Shown: one piece after another, positions 17,085 to 25,411 of the stretch | Layout: each line of letters opens with the position of its first letter | How positions within the stretch are numbered: position 1 is the first letter of the stretch | DNA from: Candidatus Roizmanbacteria bacterium RIFCSPHIGHO2_02_FULL_37_13b | GTDB taxonomy: Bacteria; Patescibacteriota; Microgenomatia; UBA1406; HO2-37-13b | Assembly: GCA_001789395.1 (NCBI GenBank) | Contig: MFZK01000014.1 | Location: forward strand, 113,130-167,761 | DNA length: 54,632 bases | Reading direction: 5' to 3' | Program-made: the position numbers and the translations under genes | The notes under the pieces: generated by a model | What the model saw: only the letters and a program-made list of their open reading frames with translations | Told to the model about the DNA's origin: nothing | The model's database searches: none

Positions 17085-17142
17085 GTCATTCCCGCGAAGG
17101 CGGGAATCTATTAGATAGTTTCCGCATCAAGTGCGGAATGAC
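17085..17142. repeat. 58-nt double-hairpin element with GTCATTCC / GGAATGAC termini (ORF-less member of the GTCAT...ATGAC family)
   Basis: GTC-ATTCCCGC-gaag-GCGGGAAT-C, an 11-nt spacer, then TTCCGCA-tcaag-TGCGGAA-TGAC. The outermost 8 nt are perfect reverse complements. It lies between lysJ and the amidotransferase-like gene. Confidence 0.6.
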
Positions 17143-17190
17143 AAGGTGATTAACCGGATTTAATATAACAGTGTAGTTCACTAAAAATAT

Positions 17191-17838
17191 ATGTGTAGAT
17201 TTTTAATGGTTAGATCAAAAAAACCAATTAAACTAGTGGAACTTCTTAGTGATTTTGCTTTTATGTGTAAAAAAAGTGTTGAATGGCAGGGAGATGGTTG
17301 GGGGATTAGTTGGAGGGTTGATAATGGAGGATGGCGGATGGAAAAATCATTAAAACCAATTTGGGACGATGTTAATATATTTGACGGAATTCCAGAATCC
17401 AATATTATTGTTGTTCATGCACGCGGAGCATCATTTCCAAAGCACAAAAACAATATTAATTATAATCAACCATATATTGATAGTGATATGTGTTTTGTTT
17501 TTAATGGTGAGCTTTATGGAGTCAGACTTTATGCAGAAGGACAAATAGGATCGCAAAAAATTTTTTCATTAATTAAAAAAAATTTAGATAAAAATAGTCC
17601 AATAAATACATTAAAAAAATTAAGAAACATGTTGATAAATAATTCATCAGGAATTTTAGGCTGTAACATCGGGCTTGTCATAAATGATAAATTTTATGCT
17701 TCTTGTTTTTACAGTAAAAATAAGGAATATTATACCCTCAGATATTTTTCCGATGATTCAGTTACTATCGTCTGTTCAGAAAAAATAAATAAATTCCTCT
17801 GGCGGAGTATGAAAAAAGGAGATATAATCCAAATATGA
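17191..17838 (+). CDS. class II glutamine amidotransferase-like Ntn hydrolase (YafJ/EgtC-type, COG0121-like)
   Basis: It starts MCRF, with Cys2 as the nucleophile after Met removal. DGWGISW and VHARGAS...FVFNGELYG match the stand-alone GATase-II pattern. Its stop overlaps the LysRS start (ATGA). Confidence 0.75.
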   Translation: MCRFLMVRSKKPIKLVELLSDFAFMCKKSVEWQGDGWGISWRVDNGGWRMEKSLKPIWDDVNIFDGIPESNIIVVHARGASFPKHKNNINYNQPYIDSDMCFVFNGELYGVRLYAEGQIGSQKIFSLIKKNLDKNSPINTLKKLRNMLINNSSGILGCNIGLVINDKFYASCFYSKNKEYYTLRYFSDDSVTIVCSEKINKFLWRSMKKGDIIQI

Positions 17839-20174
17839 TCTGGGTCGATAGGATGGTTGAAGAAATAAAAAAAAGAAATCTAGCAGTAGAATGGATAGAT
17901 GATATGAAGACTCCTTCAGGCAGAATTCATGTTGGTTCACTTCTTGGTGTTGTTTATCATGATCTTATTTATAAGGCATTAATTGAAAAAGGTATTAATG
18001 CAAGTTTCAGTTATGTATTTGAAGATCATGATCCGATGGATGGTATGCCGCCATTTTTAGACGCCAAAAAATGGGGAAAATATATGGGTATGCAGTTGTA
18101 TAAAATACCATCCCCGGAAAAAGGTTATAAAAACTTTGGGCAATATTTTGCTCTGGAATTCAAACATGTTTTTGAAAAAATTAACTGTCACCCACAAATA
18201 ATTTGGGCATCGGACTTGTATCTTTCCGGGAAGATGAATGATGCTGTAACAACGGCTTTGAATAATGCATCTACGATTAGAGAAATTTATCTGCGACATA
18301 CCAAAAGAAAGCTAGCCGATGATTGGTATCCTTTTAATGTTGTTTGTGAAAAATGCCAGAAGATTGGTACGACGAGAGTATTTAATTGGGATGGTGTACT
18401 GGTTCACTATCGATGTATGAAAGATTTGGTTTCTTGGGCTGTTGGATGTGGTTATGAAGGTAAAACTTCGCCATATGACGGGCGGGGGAAAATGCCATGG
18501 AAGGTCGAATGGCCAGCTAAGTGGAAAGTCATTGGCGTCACTGTTGAAGGCGCCGGTAAAGATCACATGTCTAAGGGGGGTTCACATGATATTTCATCAG
18601 ACATATCTCAACAAGTGTTTAAGTATTCTGTGCCATACTCTTTTATTTATGAATGGTTTACGATTGGTGGAAAAAAAATGTCATCATCTAAAGGAGTCGG
18701 ATCATCAGCAAAAGAAGTTTCAAAGATACTACCACCAGAGCTTTTACGTTTTTTAATTGTTCGAACTCCAGTTGAATCTCATCTGGATTTTAATCCCTAT
18801 GGGGACACAATTTTGAATTTATTTGATGAATATGACAGATGCATGAATGCATATTTTGCAAAAAAGGAAAATAAAATTCCCGAGGGAAAGGAAGGTGAAG
18901 TATTATTGGATTTTGCTAGGATTATTGAGCTGTCTGCTGTATCTTCATTGCCAAAAAAAAGAGTAATCTTACCAAGATTTAGAACTGTTGTTAATTTGAT
19001 AAAAAATGCCATAGGGATGGGTAATGACCTGTTTGTTCAAATATATAATGTTTACGAAAGGCAAAAAGGAGATAAATTGTCAACTGAAGAAAAAGAAATA
19101 TTAGATAAGAGAATAAAATACGCCAAAATATATTTAGAAAAATATGCGACACAATCATCGGGCGATTTAAAAATCGCCCCTACTGCAACATTATCTATGG
19201 TGCAAACGCAATTTTTGCAACAATTATCAGAAAAATTATCTGATAAATTAAAAACCAAAGATGAAATTCAAAATATTATCTTTGATATCCTCAAAAAAAA
19301 TAATTTGTCTCCGCGCGAAATTTTTAAACCTTTTTATCAAATATTAAACGGCAGAGATTTTGGTCCAAAAGCAGGAGAGTTAATATTGGAGATGGGGATA
19401 GGGGAGGCTAAAAGAAAGTTAATTGGCGCCTTAAATAACAAGAGTAATTCAAAATCAAATATTAAATTTGAATTTTCAAATCTTAATGATTCTTCAGTAT
19501 TCAGTATTGATCAATCAGTCAGTGAAAAGTTTCCGTCGATTTGTATTGGTATCGCAATAATTAAAAACGTAAAGATCGAAAAGACAAATGAAAAATTAAT
19601 GGCGGACATTAATAATTTTGTGGGTGAACAAAAAAACTTAACAAATGGAATCATCGGATCCTATCATGAAATACAAAGTTATCGGAAGTTATATAAGGCA
19701 ACTGGAATCGATTGGCATTCACGTCGGCCATCACCGGAAGCATTGTTACGACGAATAGCGTTAAATAAAGGAATTTATAGTGTTAACAATTGCGTGGATG
19801 CATACAATCTTGTAGTTATGAAATACCGAGTATCCTCTGGAGCATTTGATTTGAATAATATTAAATTACCAACGAAATTAAGATTAGCAACAGGAAACGA
19901 AAAAATTTTATTATTGGGTGATAAAGAAGGAATTAATTATAAACAAGGGGAGATTGCCTATTTCGATCAAATCGGTGGATATAATATTGATTTTAATTAT
20001 CGGGATAGCCAAAGAACTGCAGTAACAAATGAGACGAGAGATTTATTAATAAATGTTGATGGGATTTTTGATATTACCCGTGGGCAGGTAGAGAAAACAT
20101 TAAAAGAAACTATTGAAACTATAATTAAATACTGTGGGGGGAAGGTGGAGGTGGTTGGGATAGTTGAGGCCTAA
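17835..20174 (+). CDS. class I lysyl-tRNA synthetase with a C-terminal B3/4-like domain extension
   Basis: The class I LysRS signatures PSGRIHVGS (HIGH-like) and KMSSSKG (KMSKS) are present. About 235 extra C-terminal residues (NNCVDAYNLVVMKYRVSSGAFDLNNI...NYRDSQRTAVTNETRDLL) resemble the PheRS-beta B3/4 domain and COG3382 proteins. Confidence 0.88.
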   Translation: MIWVDRMVEEIKKRNLAVEWIDDMKTPSGRIHVGSLLGVVYHDLIYKALIEKGINASFSYVFEDHDPMDGMPPFLDAKKWGKYMGMQLYKIPSPEKGYKNFGQYFALEFKHVFEKINCHPQIIWASDLYLSGKMNDAVTTALNNASTIREIYLRHTKRKLADDWYPFNVVCEKCQKIGTTRVFNWDGVLVHYRCMKDLVSWAVGCGYEGKTSPYDGRGKMPWKVEWPAKWKVIGVTVEGAGKDHMSKGGSHDISSDISQQVFKYSVPYSFIYEWFTIGGKKMSSSKGVGSSAKEVSKILPPELLRFLIVRTPVESHLDFNPYGDTILNLFDEYDRCMNAYFAKKENKIPEGKEGEVLLDFARIIELSAVSSLPKKRVILPRFRTVVNLIKNAIGMGNDLFVQIYNVYERQKGDKLSTEEKEILDKRIKYAKIYLEKYATQSSGDLKIAPTATLSMVQTQFLQQLSEKLSDKLKTKDEIQNIIFDILKKNNLSPREIFKPFYQILNGRDFGPKAGELILEMGIGEAKRKLIGALNNKSNSKSNIKFEFSNLNDSSVFSIDQSVSEKFPSICIGIAIIKNVKIEKTNEKLMADINNFVGEQKNLTNGIIGSYHEIQSYRKLYKATGIDWHSRRPSPEALLRRIALNKGIYSVNNCVDAYNLVVMKYRVSSGAFDLNNIKLPTKLRLATGNEKILLLGDKEGINYKQGEIAYFDQIGGYNIDFNYRDSQRTAVTNETRDLLINVDGIFDITRGQVEKTLKETIETIIKYCGGKVEVVGIVEA

Positions 20175-20192
20175 TAATATATTTTTTCTAAT

Positions 20193-20226
20193 GTCATTCT
20201 GGTAAGCCGAAGGCGCATCCAGAATC
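20193..20226. repeat. left hairpin module (GTC-ATTCTGG ... CCAGAAT-C)
   Basis: The 7-bp outer stem ATTCTGG/CCAGAAT encloses taaGCCgaaGGCgcat. Confidence 0.6.
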
Positions 20227-20237
20227 ATAAATTACTG

Positions 20238-20534
20238 ATGAAAAAAGGTTTTGTCTACATCTTGGCAAATAATCGACCAACTTTATATACTGGGGTAACA
20301 AATAATATCGCAAAGCGCGTTTTTGAACATAAATCTGGAAGAGGATCAATGTTTACAAAACGATACGCGATTCACAAATTAGTATACTATAAATATTTAG
20401 AAGATATTAAGAGTGCAATTATTAGAGAAAAACAAATAAAGGATCTGAATCGCAACGAAAAAATTAACTTAATTAAATTAATGAATCCGTCTTTTAAAGA
20501 TTTGTTCGTAGAGGTGAGAGATAAATTTCGATAG
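20238..20534 (+). CDS. GIY-YIG nuclease family protein (small YhbQ/UPF0213-like)
   Basis: 98 aa. It has GFVYIL...LYTGVTNNIAKRVFEHKSG (GIY...YIG, Arg, Glu) and a later REKQIK...N segment. Confidence 0.85.
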   Translation: MKKGFVYILANNRPTLYTGVTNNIAKRVFEHKSGRGSMFTKRYAIHKLVYYKYLEDIKSAIIREKQIKDLNRNEKINLIKLMNPSFKDLFVEVRDKFR

Positions 20535-20540
20535 ACATCG

Positions 20541-20581
20541 ATTCTGGAGTCTACCGCCTTCGGCGGGATCCCCAGAATGAC
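20541..20581. repeat. right hairpin module (ATTCTGG ... CCAGAAT-GAC)
   Basis: The outer stem ATTCTGG/CCAGAAT encloses the inner hairpin CCGCC-ttc-GGCGG. Confidence 0.6.
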
Positions 20582-20589
20582 TGATGTTT

Positions 20590-20683
20590 GTCATGCTGAC
20601 TTGTCCAGTATCGGAAAGGTATGATTTTAATGTTGTTGATTCTGGACGCGTCCCGCGTCAAATGCGGGACTTGCCAGAACGAC
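20590..20683. repeat. degenerate tandem copy of the double-hairpin element
   Basis: GTCATGCTGACTTGTCCAGTATC is a decayed version of the hairpin at 34047-34071. After a 25-nt spacer comes ATTCTGG-acgc-GTCCCGC-gtcaaat-GCGGGAC-ttg-CCAGAAC-GAC. Confidence 0.45.
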
Positions 20684-20690
20684 GGTTTAA

Positions 20691-21308
20691 ATGTTCATGA
20701 AAATCCTAATCGGGACGACAAATAAAGGAAAACAACAGGATTACAAAAAAATTCTTTCTGCGAAAATTAAATCACCGATTTCAGTTATTTTTCCTCAGGA
20801 TTTAGATATTGAAAAATCTCCAGTCGAAAACGGCTCGACTTTTGTCGAAAATTCATTAATTAAAGCAAAATATTATTTTGAAAAATCCGGTTTGCCGACA
20901 ATTGCCGATGATGGTGGTATTGAAATTCCGATACTAAATAACGAGCCAGGTGTATTGTCGCGTCGGTGGCCCGGGCATGAAGCAACAGATGATGAACTAA
21001 TTAAATTTACAATACAGAATTTGAAAGAATATCCTAATAGAGAACAAAGACGGGCTTTGTTAACTGTCTGGATTACATATTACGATGGTAAAGACACCAT
21101 TGTTGAAAATGAATCAATCGATGGTTATATATCCAATCAAATTAATATAAACTATATCAAAGGATATCCATATCGAGCATTATTTATTGTTAATGGTGTT
21201 GATAAATATTATGATGAGCTAAGCGATAAGGAACATGCCATTTATAATCATAGAAGAAAAGCCCTTATTAGATTGTGGAAGAAAATTCATTTGAAGTATA
21301 ATATTTGA
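20691..21308 (+). CDS. rdgB: non-canonical purine NTP pyrophosphatase (RdgB/HAM1 family)
   Basis: Has the N-terminal ILIGTTNKGKQQDY motif and is of the expected size and overall pattern. Confidence 0.8.
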   Translation: MFMKILIGTTNKGKQQDYKKILSAKIKSPISVIFPQDLDIEKSPVENGSTFVENSLIKAKYYFEKSGLPTIADDGGIEIPILNNEPGVLSRRWPGHEATDDELIKFTIQNLKEYPNREQRRALLTVWITYYDGKDTIVENESIDGYISNQININYIKGYPYRALFIVNGVDKYYDELSDKEHAIYNHRRKALIRLWKKIHLKYNI

Positions 21309-21309
21309 T

Positions 21310-22572
21310 ATGTTATCAATCGATTTTATACGTCAAAACAAAGAAAAGGTACTGACATCGGCAAAAAATAAGAATTTTGGCGATATCAATTTAGATAAAA
21401 TATTATCTTTGGATGATAAACGACATGAGGTAATTATACGCATTCAAAAGATAAGAGAAGAAAGAAATAAACTAGCAGGTCAGAAGCTAAATGATAAATT
21501 AAGAGATACGGGCCGGCGTCTTAAAGAAGATTTAAAAAAATTAGAGGTTGAATTAGAATCTATTGAAAATAAGCTAAAACCTTTGAGTTTAGAAATTCCA
21601 AATATCGCGCTACACGATGTTAAGGCTGGAAAAGACGAGAGTGAAAATGATGTAATCAAGACCGTAGGTGATAAAACTGCGTTTAAATTTGCTCCAAAAG
21701 ATCATCTTGAGCTTGGTGAAAAACTTGATATTATTGACGTTCGACGTACTGCTAAAGTATCAGGATCACGATTTGGCTATTTAAAAAATCAGGGAGTTTT
21801 ACTTGAATTTGCTCTTATTGAGCTAGCATTAAAAGAACTTATTACAGAAAGTTTTATTCCCATAATTCCACCAACTCTTGTAAAAAAAAGAATCACCGAG
21901 GGTTTGGGATATTGGCAAGCCGGTGGTAATAATGATTATTATGTAGTTAAGGAACCGGATATCGATGATGGTCTTATGTATCTTGTTGGTACAGCTGAAC
22001 ATTCTATAGTCCCATTTCACGCTGACGAAATACTGGATGCAAAATCACTACCTCTTCGTTATGCTGCTTTTTCAACATGTTTTAGAAGAGAAGCAGGCTC
22101 ATATGGCAAGGATACACGAGGGATATTTAGAGTTCATCAGTTTGATAAAATAGAAATGGTATCATTTACGACTCCGGAAAAGGGTGATGAAGAACATGAT
22201 TTTTTACTCTCAATGGAAGAACGACTCTTTCAAAAGCTTGAAATACCCTACCAGGTGATAAAAATGTGTACGGGTGATTTGGGTTTTCCGACTGCTAGGA
22301 AATATGACATTGAGGCTTGGATACCTTCACAAAATAAATATCGTGAAGTTACTTCAGCTTCAACAACAACTGATTTTCAAGCAAGAAGATTAAATATCAA
22401 ATTTAAAGATGGTAACAAAAAAGAATTCGCATATATTTTAAACGGAACAGCTTTTGCAATTGGACGGACCTTAATTGCGATTCTGGAAAATCATCAACAA
22501 TTGGATGGCTCAGTTAAAATTCCAAAAGTACTGCAACCCTACTGCGGATTTGATAAAATAGAACACATTTGA
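21310..22572 (+). CDS. serS: seryl-tRNA synthetase
   Basis: 420 aa. It has an N-terminal coiled-coil arm and the class II motifs (FRREAGSYGKDTRGIFRVHQF, GTAFAIGRTLIAILEN). Confidence 0.95.
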   Translation: MLSIDFIRQNKEKVLTSAKNKNFGDINLDKILSLDDKRHEVIIRIQKIREERNKLAGQKLNDKLRDTGRRLKEDLKKLEVELESIENKLKPLSLEIPNIALHDVKAGKDESENDVIKTVGDKTAFKFAPKDHLELGEKLDIIDVRRTAKVSGSRFGYLKNQGVLLEFALIELALKELITESFIPIIPPTLVKKRITEGLGYWQAGGNNDYYVVKEPDIDDGLMYLVGTAEHSIVPFHADEILDAKSLPLRYAAFSTCFRREAGSYGKDTRGIFRVHQFDKIEMVSFTTPEKGDEEHDFLLSMEERLFQKLEIPYQVIKMCTGDLGFPTARKYDIEAWIPSQNKYREVTSASTTTDFQARRLNIKFKDGNKKEFAYILNGTAFAIGRTLIAILENHQQLDGSVKIPKVLQPYCGFDKIEHI

Positions 22573-22590
22573 GTTTTAAGTACCACTAAT

Positions 22591-25398
22591 ATGCTAAACA
22601 TTTTTTCTAAATTTCTCGATTTTAATCAACGCGAGGTTAACAAACTAAAAATAAAGGTTGATGAAATAAACAAATTTGAAGATAAAGTTAGAAATCTCAA
22701 AACTGAAGATTTTAAAGTACAGACAGATAAACTGCGTCATCAGATAAGAAGCGGTGAAAAAACCATTGATGAAATCATGTCTTATGGTTTTGCCCTCGTT
22801 CGCGAAATGTCGCGACGTACTTTAGGCGAACGTCATTATGATGTCCAAATGATGGCAGCAGTAGCACTTCATGAAGGAAAAGTTGCCGAACAGCGTACTG
22901 GAGAAGGTAAAACTCTTTCAGCCACAGCACCCCTTTATCTTAATGCTTTGTCAGGGAAAGGTGCTCATCTGGTGACGGTGAATGATTATTTAGCACGTCG
23001 TGACACAGGCTGGATGGGGCAAATTTTCCATTCTTTAGGAATGACAATATCAGCGCTAATATCGGATAAATCATATATTTATGATCCGGAGTTTATCGAT
23101 TCAGATGCTTATGATTGGCGACTACGACATCTTCGTCAAATATCGAGAAAAGAAGCCTATGAATGCGATATAACTTATGGTATAAATTCAGAATTTGGTT
23201 TTGATTATCTACGGGATAACATGAATTATGATGTCCCCGGGTTAGTTCAGCGTGATTTTAACTATGCAATTATTGACGAAGTTGATTCGGTACTAATCGA
23301 TGAAGCCAGAACGCCTCATATAATCTCAGCTCCTTATGATGAGGATACTTCGAAATACTATAAAATTGCCCAGTTGGTTAAACGCTTGAATGGTCAAAAT
23401 GACTACATCATCGATGAAAAATCAAGGACGGCTCATTTGACTGAAAGTGGAGTTAAAAACGTCGAAGGCATGCTCGGGGTAAGTAATGTTTATGAAAAAG
23501 ATTTTGACACAGTATTTCATATTGAGGCTGCTCTGAAAGCAGAAACTCTGTTTAAAAAAGATAAGGATTATATAGTCAAGGATAATGAAGTTATTATAGT
23601 TGATGAATTTACCGGTCGACTTCTAGTCGGTCGACGTTTTTCTGAAGGATTGCATCAAGCAATCGAAGCTAAGGAAAATGTATCAATAAAACGGGAATCA
23701 CGTACTCTAGCTACAGTTTCCTTACAAAATTATTTTCGTATGTACAAAAAACTGGCCGGCATGACTGGTACTGCCGCTACTGAAGCAGAAGAATTTAATA
23801 AAATCTATAAACTTGAAGTTGTCGTTTTACCAACAAACAGAACTAGTATTAGACGTGATCAATCTGATGTAATTTACAAAACTGAGAGGGCTAAATACAA
23901 TGCCGTTGCCGAAGAAATTGCCAATAACCATAAAATTGGCCGTCCGGTTCTTGTTGGAACAACATCGATTGAAAAAAATGAATATCTTTCATCTTTGCTT
24001 AAGAAAAAAGGTGTCAATCACGAACTCTTGAACGCAAAAAATCATGAACGAGAGGCGACGATTATAGCCAAAGCCGGACAAAAAGATGCGGTAACGGTAG
24101 CGACGAATATGGCAGGTAGAGGAGTTGATATTATTCTAGGTGGTGAACCACCAAATAAATATTTAGTAGGAGACGATAAGAAATCACAGGAAGAATATGA
24201 AAAGAAATCTTTAGATTGGCGTGGAAAACATGATAAGGTGATTGAACTCGGAGGACTTTATGTCATCGGTACCGAAAGACATGAATCAAGACGGATAGAC
24301 AATCAACTTCGAGGTCGTGCCGGACGTCAAGGAGATCCTGGAGAAACAAGATTCTTTGTTGGTCTGGAGGATGACTTAATGAGAATTTTTGGTGGAGAAC
24401 AGGTTACAAAGCTCATGAATTTTTTCAATTTTCCCGAAGATCAGCCTTTAGAGCATGGTATGGTTTCCAAAGCACTCGAACAAGCACAAGTAAAAGTCGA
24501 GGGATTCAATTTTGATATTCGTAAACATTTAGTTGATTACGATGATGTTTTAAATAAACAACGGGAGATAGTTTACAAATTAAGGCGAAAGATGTTACTG
24601 GCCGGTGTTAAGACTACCGAAGAAGAATTAAAACAAACGATTATTGAAACTTTTACATCAGAGATTGTAAATCTAGTAAATATTAATTATGCAGAAGATT
24701 CCAAACCCGACATTAAACGTTTATCAGAGGAGATATCTCTGATTATTCCCGAGAATATTGATCATATTCAAAGTCATCTTGACAATAAACCGGCAGAGGA
24801 AGTTCAACAGACGCTAATCAAGATGATTGAGACCGCATATCTGAATAAGGAAAAGGAAATAGGAAAAGATCTCTGGCATGAAGTTATCAAAAATATTTTT
24901 TTAACTACAATTGATAAGTATTGGACAGAACATTTGACCGCTATCGATGACCTTAGAGAAGGGATTAATCTTCGTGGCTATGCTCAGCTAGATCCTCTGA
25001 TTGAATATAAAAATGAAGCATTTTCAATGTTTGAGAAACTGCTTTCTGATATTGATTACGAAATCACTCGGCGTATATTAAGGGTTCAGCTCGTTCAGAC
25101 AGAAGATAACAAAACTCATGTTCATAGCTTGATGGACCAGCCAGTCACCTATAAATCAGCTTCAAATATCGATCCCTATGGTCAAACTGAAAAGAAGTCC
25201 ATATCTTCACCTGCTCGGCAAGTCCAATCAGCTCCACAACAGATACCTGACCAGGACGAGCCCAACGGAGATGAAATTCAACAAGGCCCTGGTTTTCGTA
25301 TTCTGCCTTCAGGATCATTATCAAAAAAACCTGGTCGTAATGATCCCTGTTGGTGTGGTAGTGGAAAGAAGTATAAGAAATGTCATTATCCAAATTAA
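22591..25398 (+). CDS. secA: preprotein translocase ATPase SecA
   Basis: Has the DEAD-like motor (MRTGEGKT-like QRTGEGKTL, DEVDSVLIDEARTP) and the C-terminal zinc finger CWCGSGKKYKKCH. Confidence 0.95.
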   Translation: MLNIFSKFLDFNQREVNKLKIKVDEINKFEDKVRNLKTEDFKVQTDKLRHQIRSGEKTIDEIMSYGFALVREMSRRTLGERHYDVQMMAAVALHEGKVAEQRTGEGKTLSATAPLYLNALSGKGAHLVTVNDYLARRDTGWMGQIFHSLGMTISALISDKSYIYDPEFIDSDAYDWRLRHLRQISRKEAYECDITYGINSEFGFDYLRDNMNYDVPGLVQRDFNYAIIDEVDSVLIDEARTPHIISAPYDEDTSKYYKIAQLVKRLNGQNDYIIDEKSRTAHLTESGVKNVEGMLGVSNVYEKDFDTVFHIEAALKAETLFKKDKDYIVKDNEVIIVDEFTGRLLVGRRFSEGLHQAIEAKENVSIKRESRTLATVSLQNYFRMYKKLAGMTGTAATEAEEFNKIYKLEVVVLPTNRTSIRRDQSDVIYKTERAKYNAVAEEIANNHKIGRPVLVGTTSIEKNEYLSSLLKKKGVNHELLNAKNHEREATIIAKAGQKDAVTVATNMAGRGVDIILGGEPPNKYLVGDDKKSQEEYEKKSLDWRGKHDKVIELGGLYVIGTERHESRRIDNQLRGRAGRQGDPGETRFFVGLEDDLMRIFGGEQVTKLMNFFNFPEDQPLEHGMVSKALEQAQVKVEGFNFDIRKHLVDYDDVLNKQREIVYKLRRKMLLAGVKTTEEELKQTIIETFTSEIVNLVNINYAEDSKPDIKRLSEEISLIIPENIDHIQSHLDNKPAEEVQQTLIKMIETAYLNKEKEIGKDLWHEVIKNIFLTTIDKYWTEHLTAIDDLREGINLRGYAQLDPLIEYKNEAFSMFEKLLSDIDYEITRRILRVQLVQTEDNKTHVHSLMDQPVTYKSASNIDPYGQTEKKSISSPARQVQSAPQQIPDQDEPNGDEIQQGPGFRILPSGSLSKKPGRNDPCWCGSGKKYKKCHYPN

Positions 25399-25411
25399 CC
25401 TCTTTTCGATT

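Larger units (their letters stand above)
20193..20581 (+). mobile_element. candidate autonomous element: GIY-YIG ORF bracketed by hairpin modules with perfect 10-bp terminal inverted repeats
   Basis: GTCATTCTGG at 20193-20202 and CCAGAATGAC at 20572-20581 are exact reverse complements. The hairpin modules lie 11 nt upstream and 5 nt downstream of the ORF. The same termini occur at ORF-less copies elsewhere in the window. Confidence 0.45.

Noticed and set aside
18442-18756. Internal and antisense ORFs of 60-135 aa within large genes. Examples: 18442-18756 in LysRS, 28137-28391 in the HMA fusion, 31497-31796 antisense in copA, 34954-35361 antisense in eno, 37299-37688 antisense in ftsH.
   Set aside because: All lie within CDSs that have strong family signatures. 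They have no motifs of their own and show the compositional bias expected from alternative frames.
25178-25411. N-terminal 78 codons of the 288-aa ORF overlapping the secA 3' end, and the antisense ORF 25145-25483
   Set aside because: The recognisable histidine-phosphatase domain begins at MPKKIVIVRHG (ATG 25412), 13 nt after the secA stop. The upstream extension lies in an alternative frame of secA and has no features.
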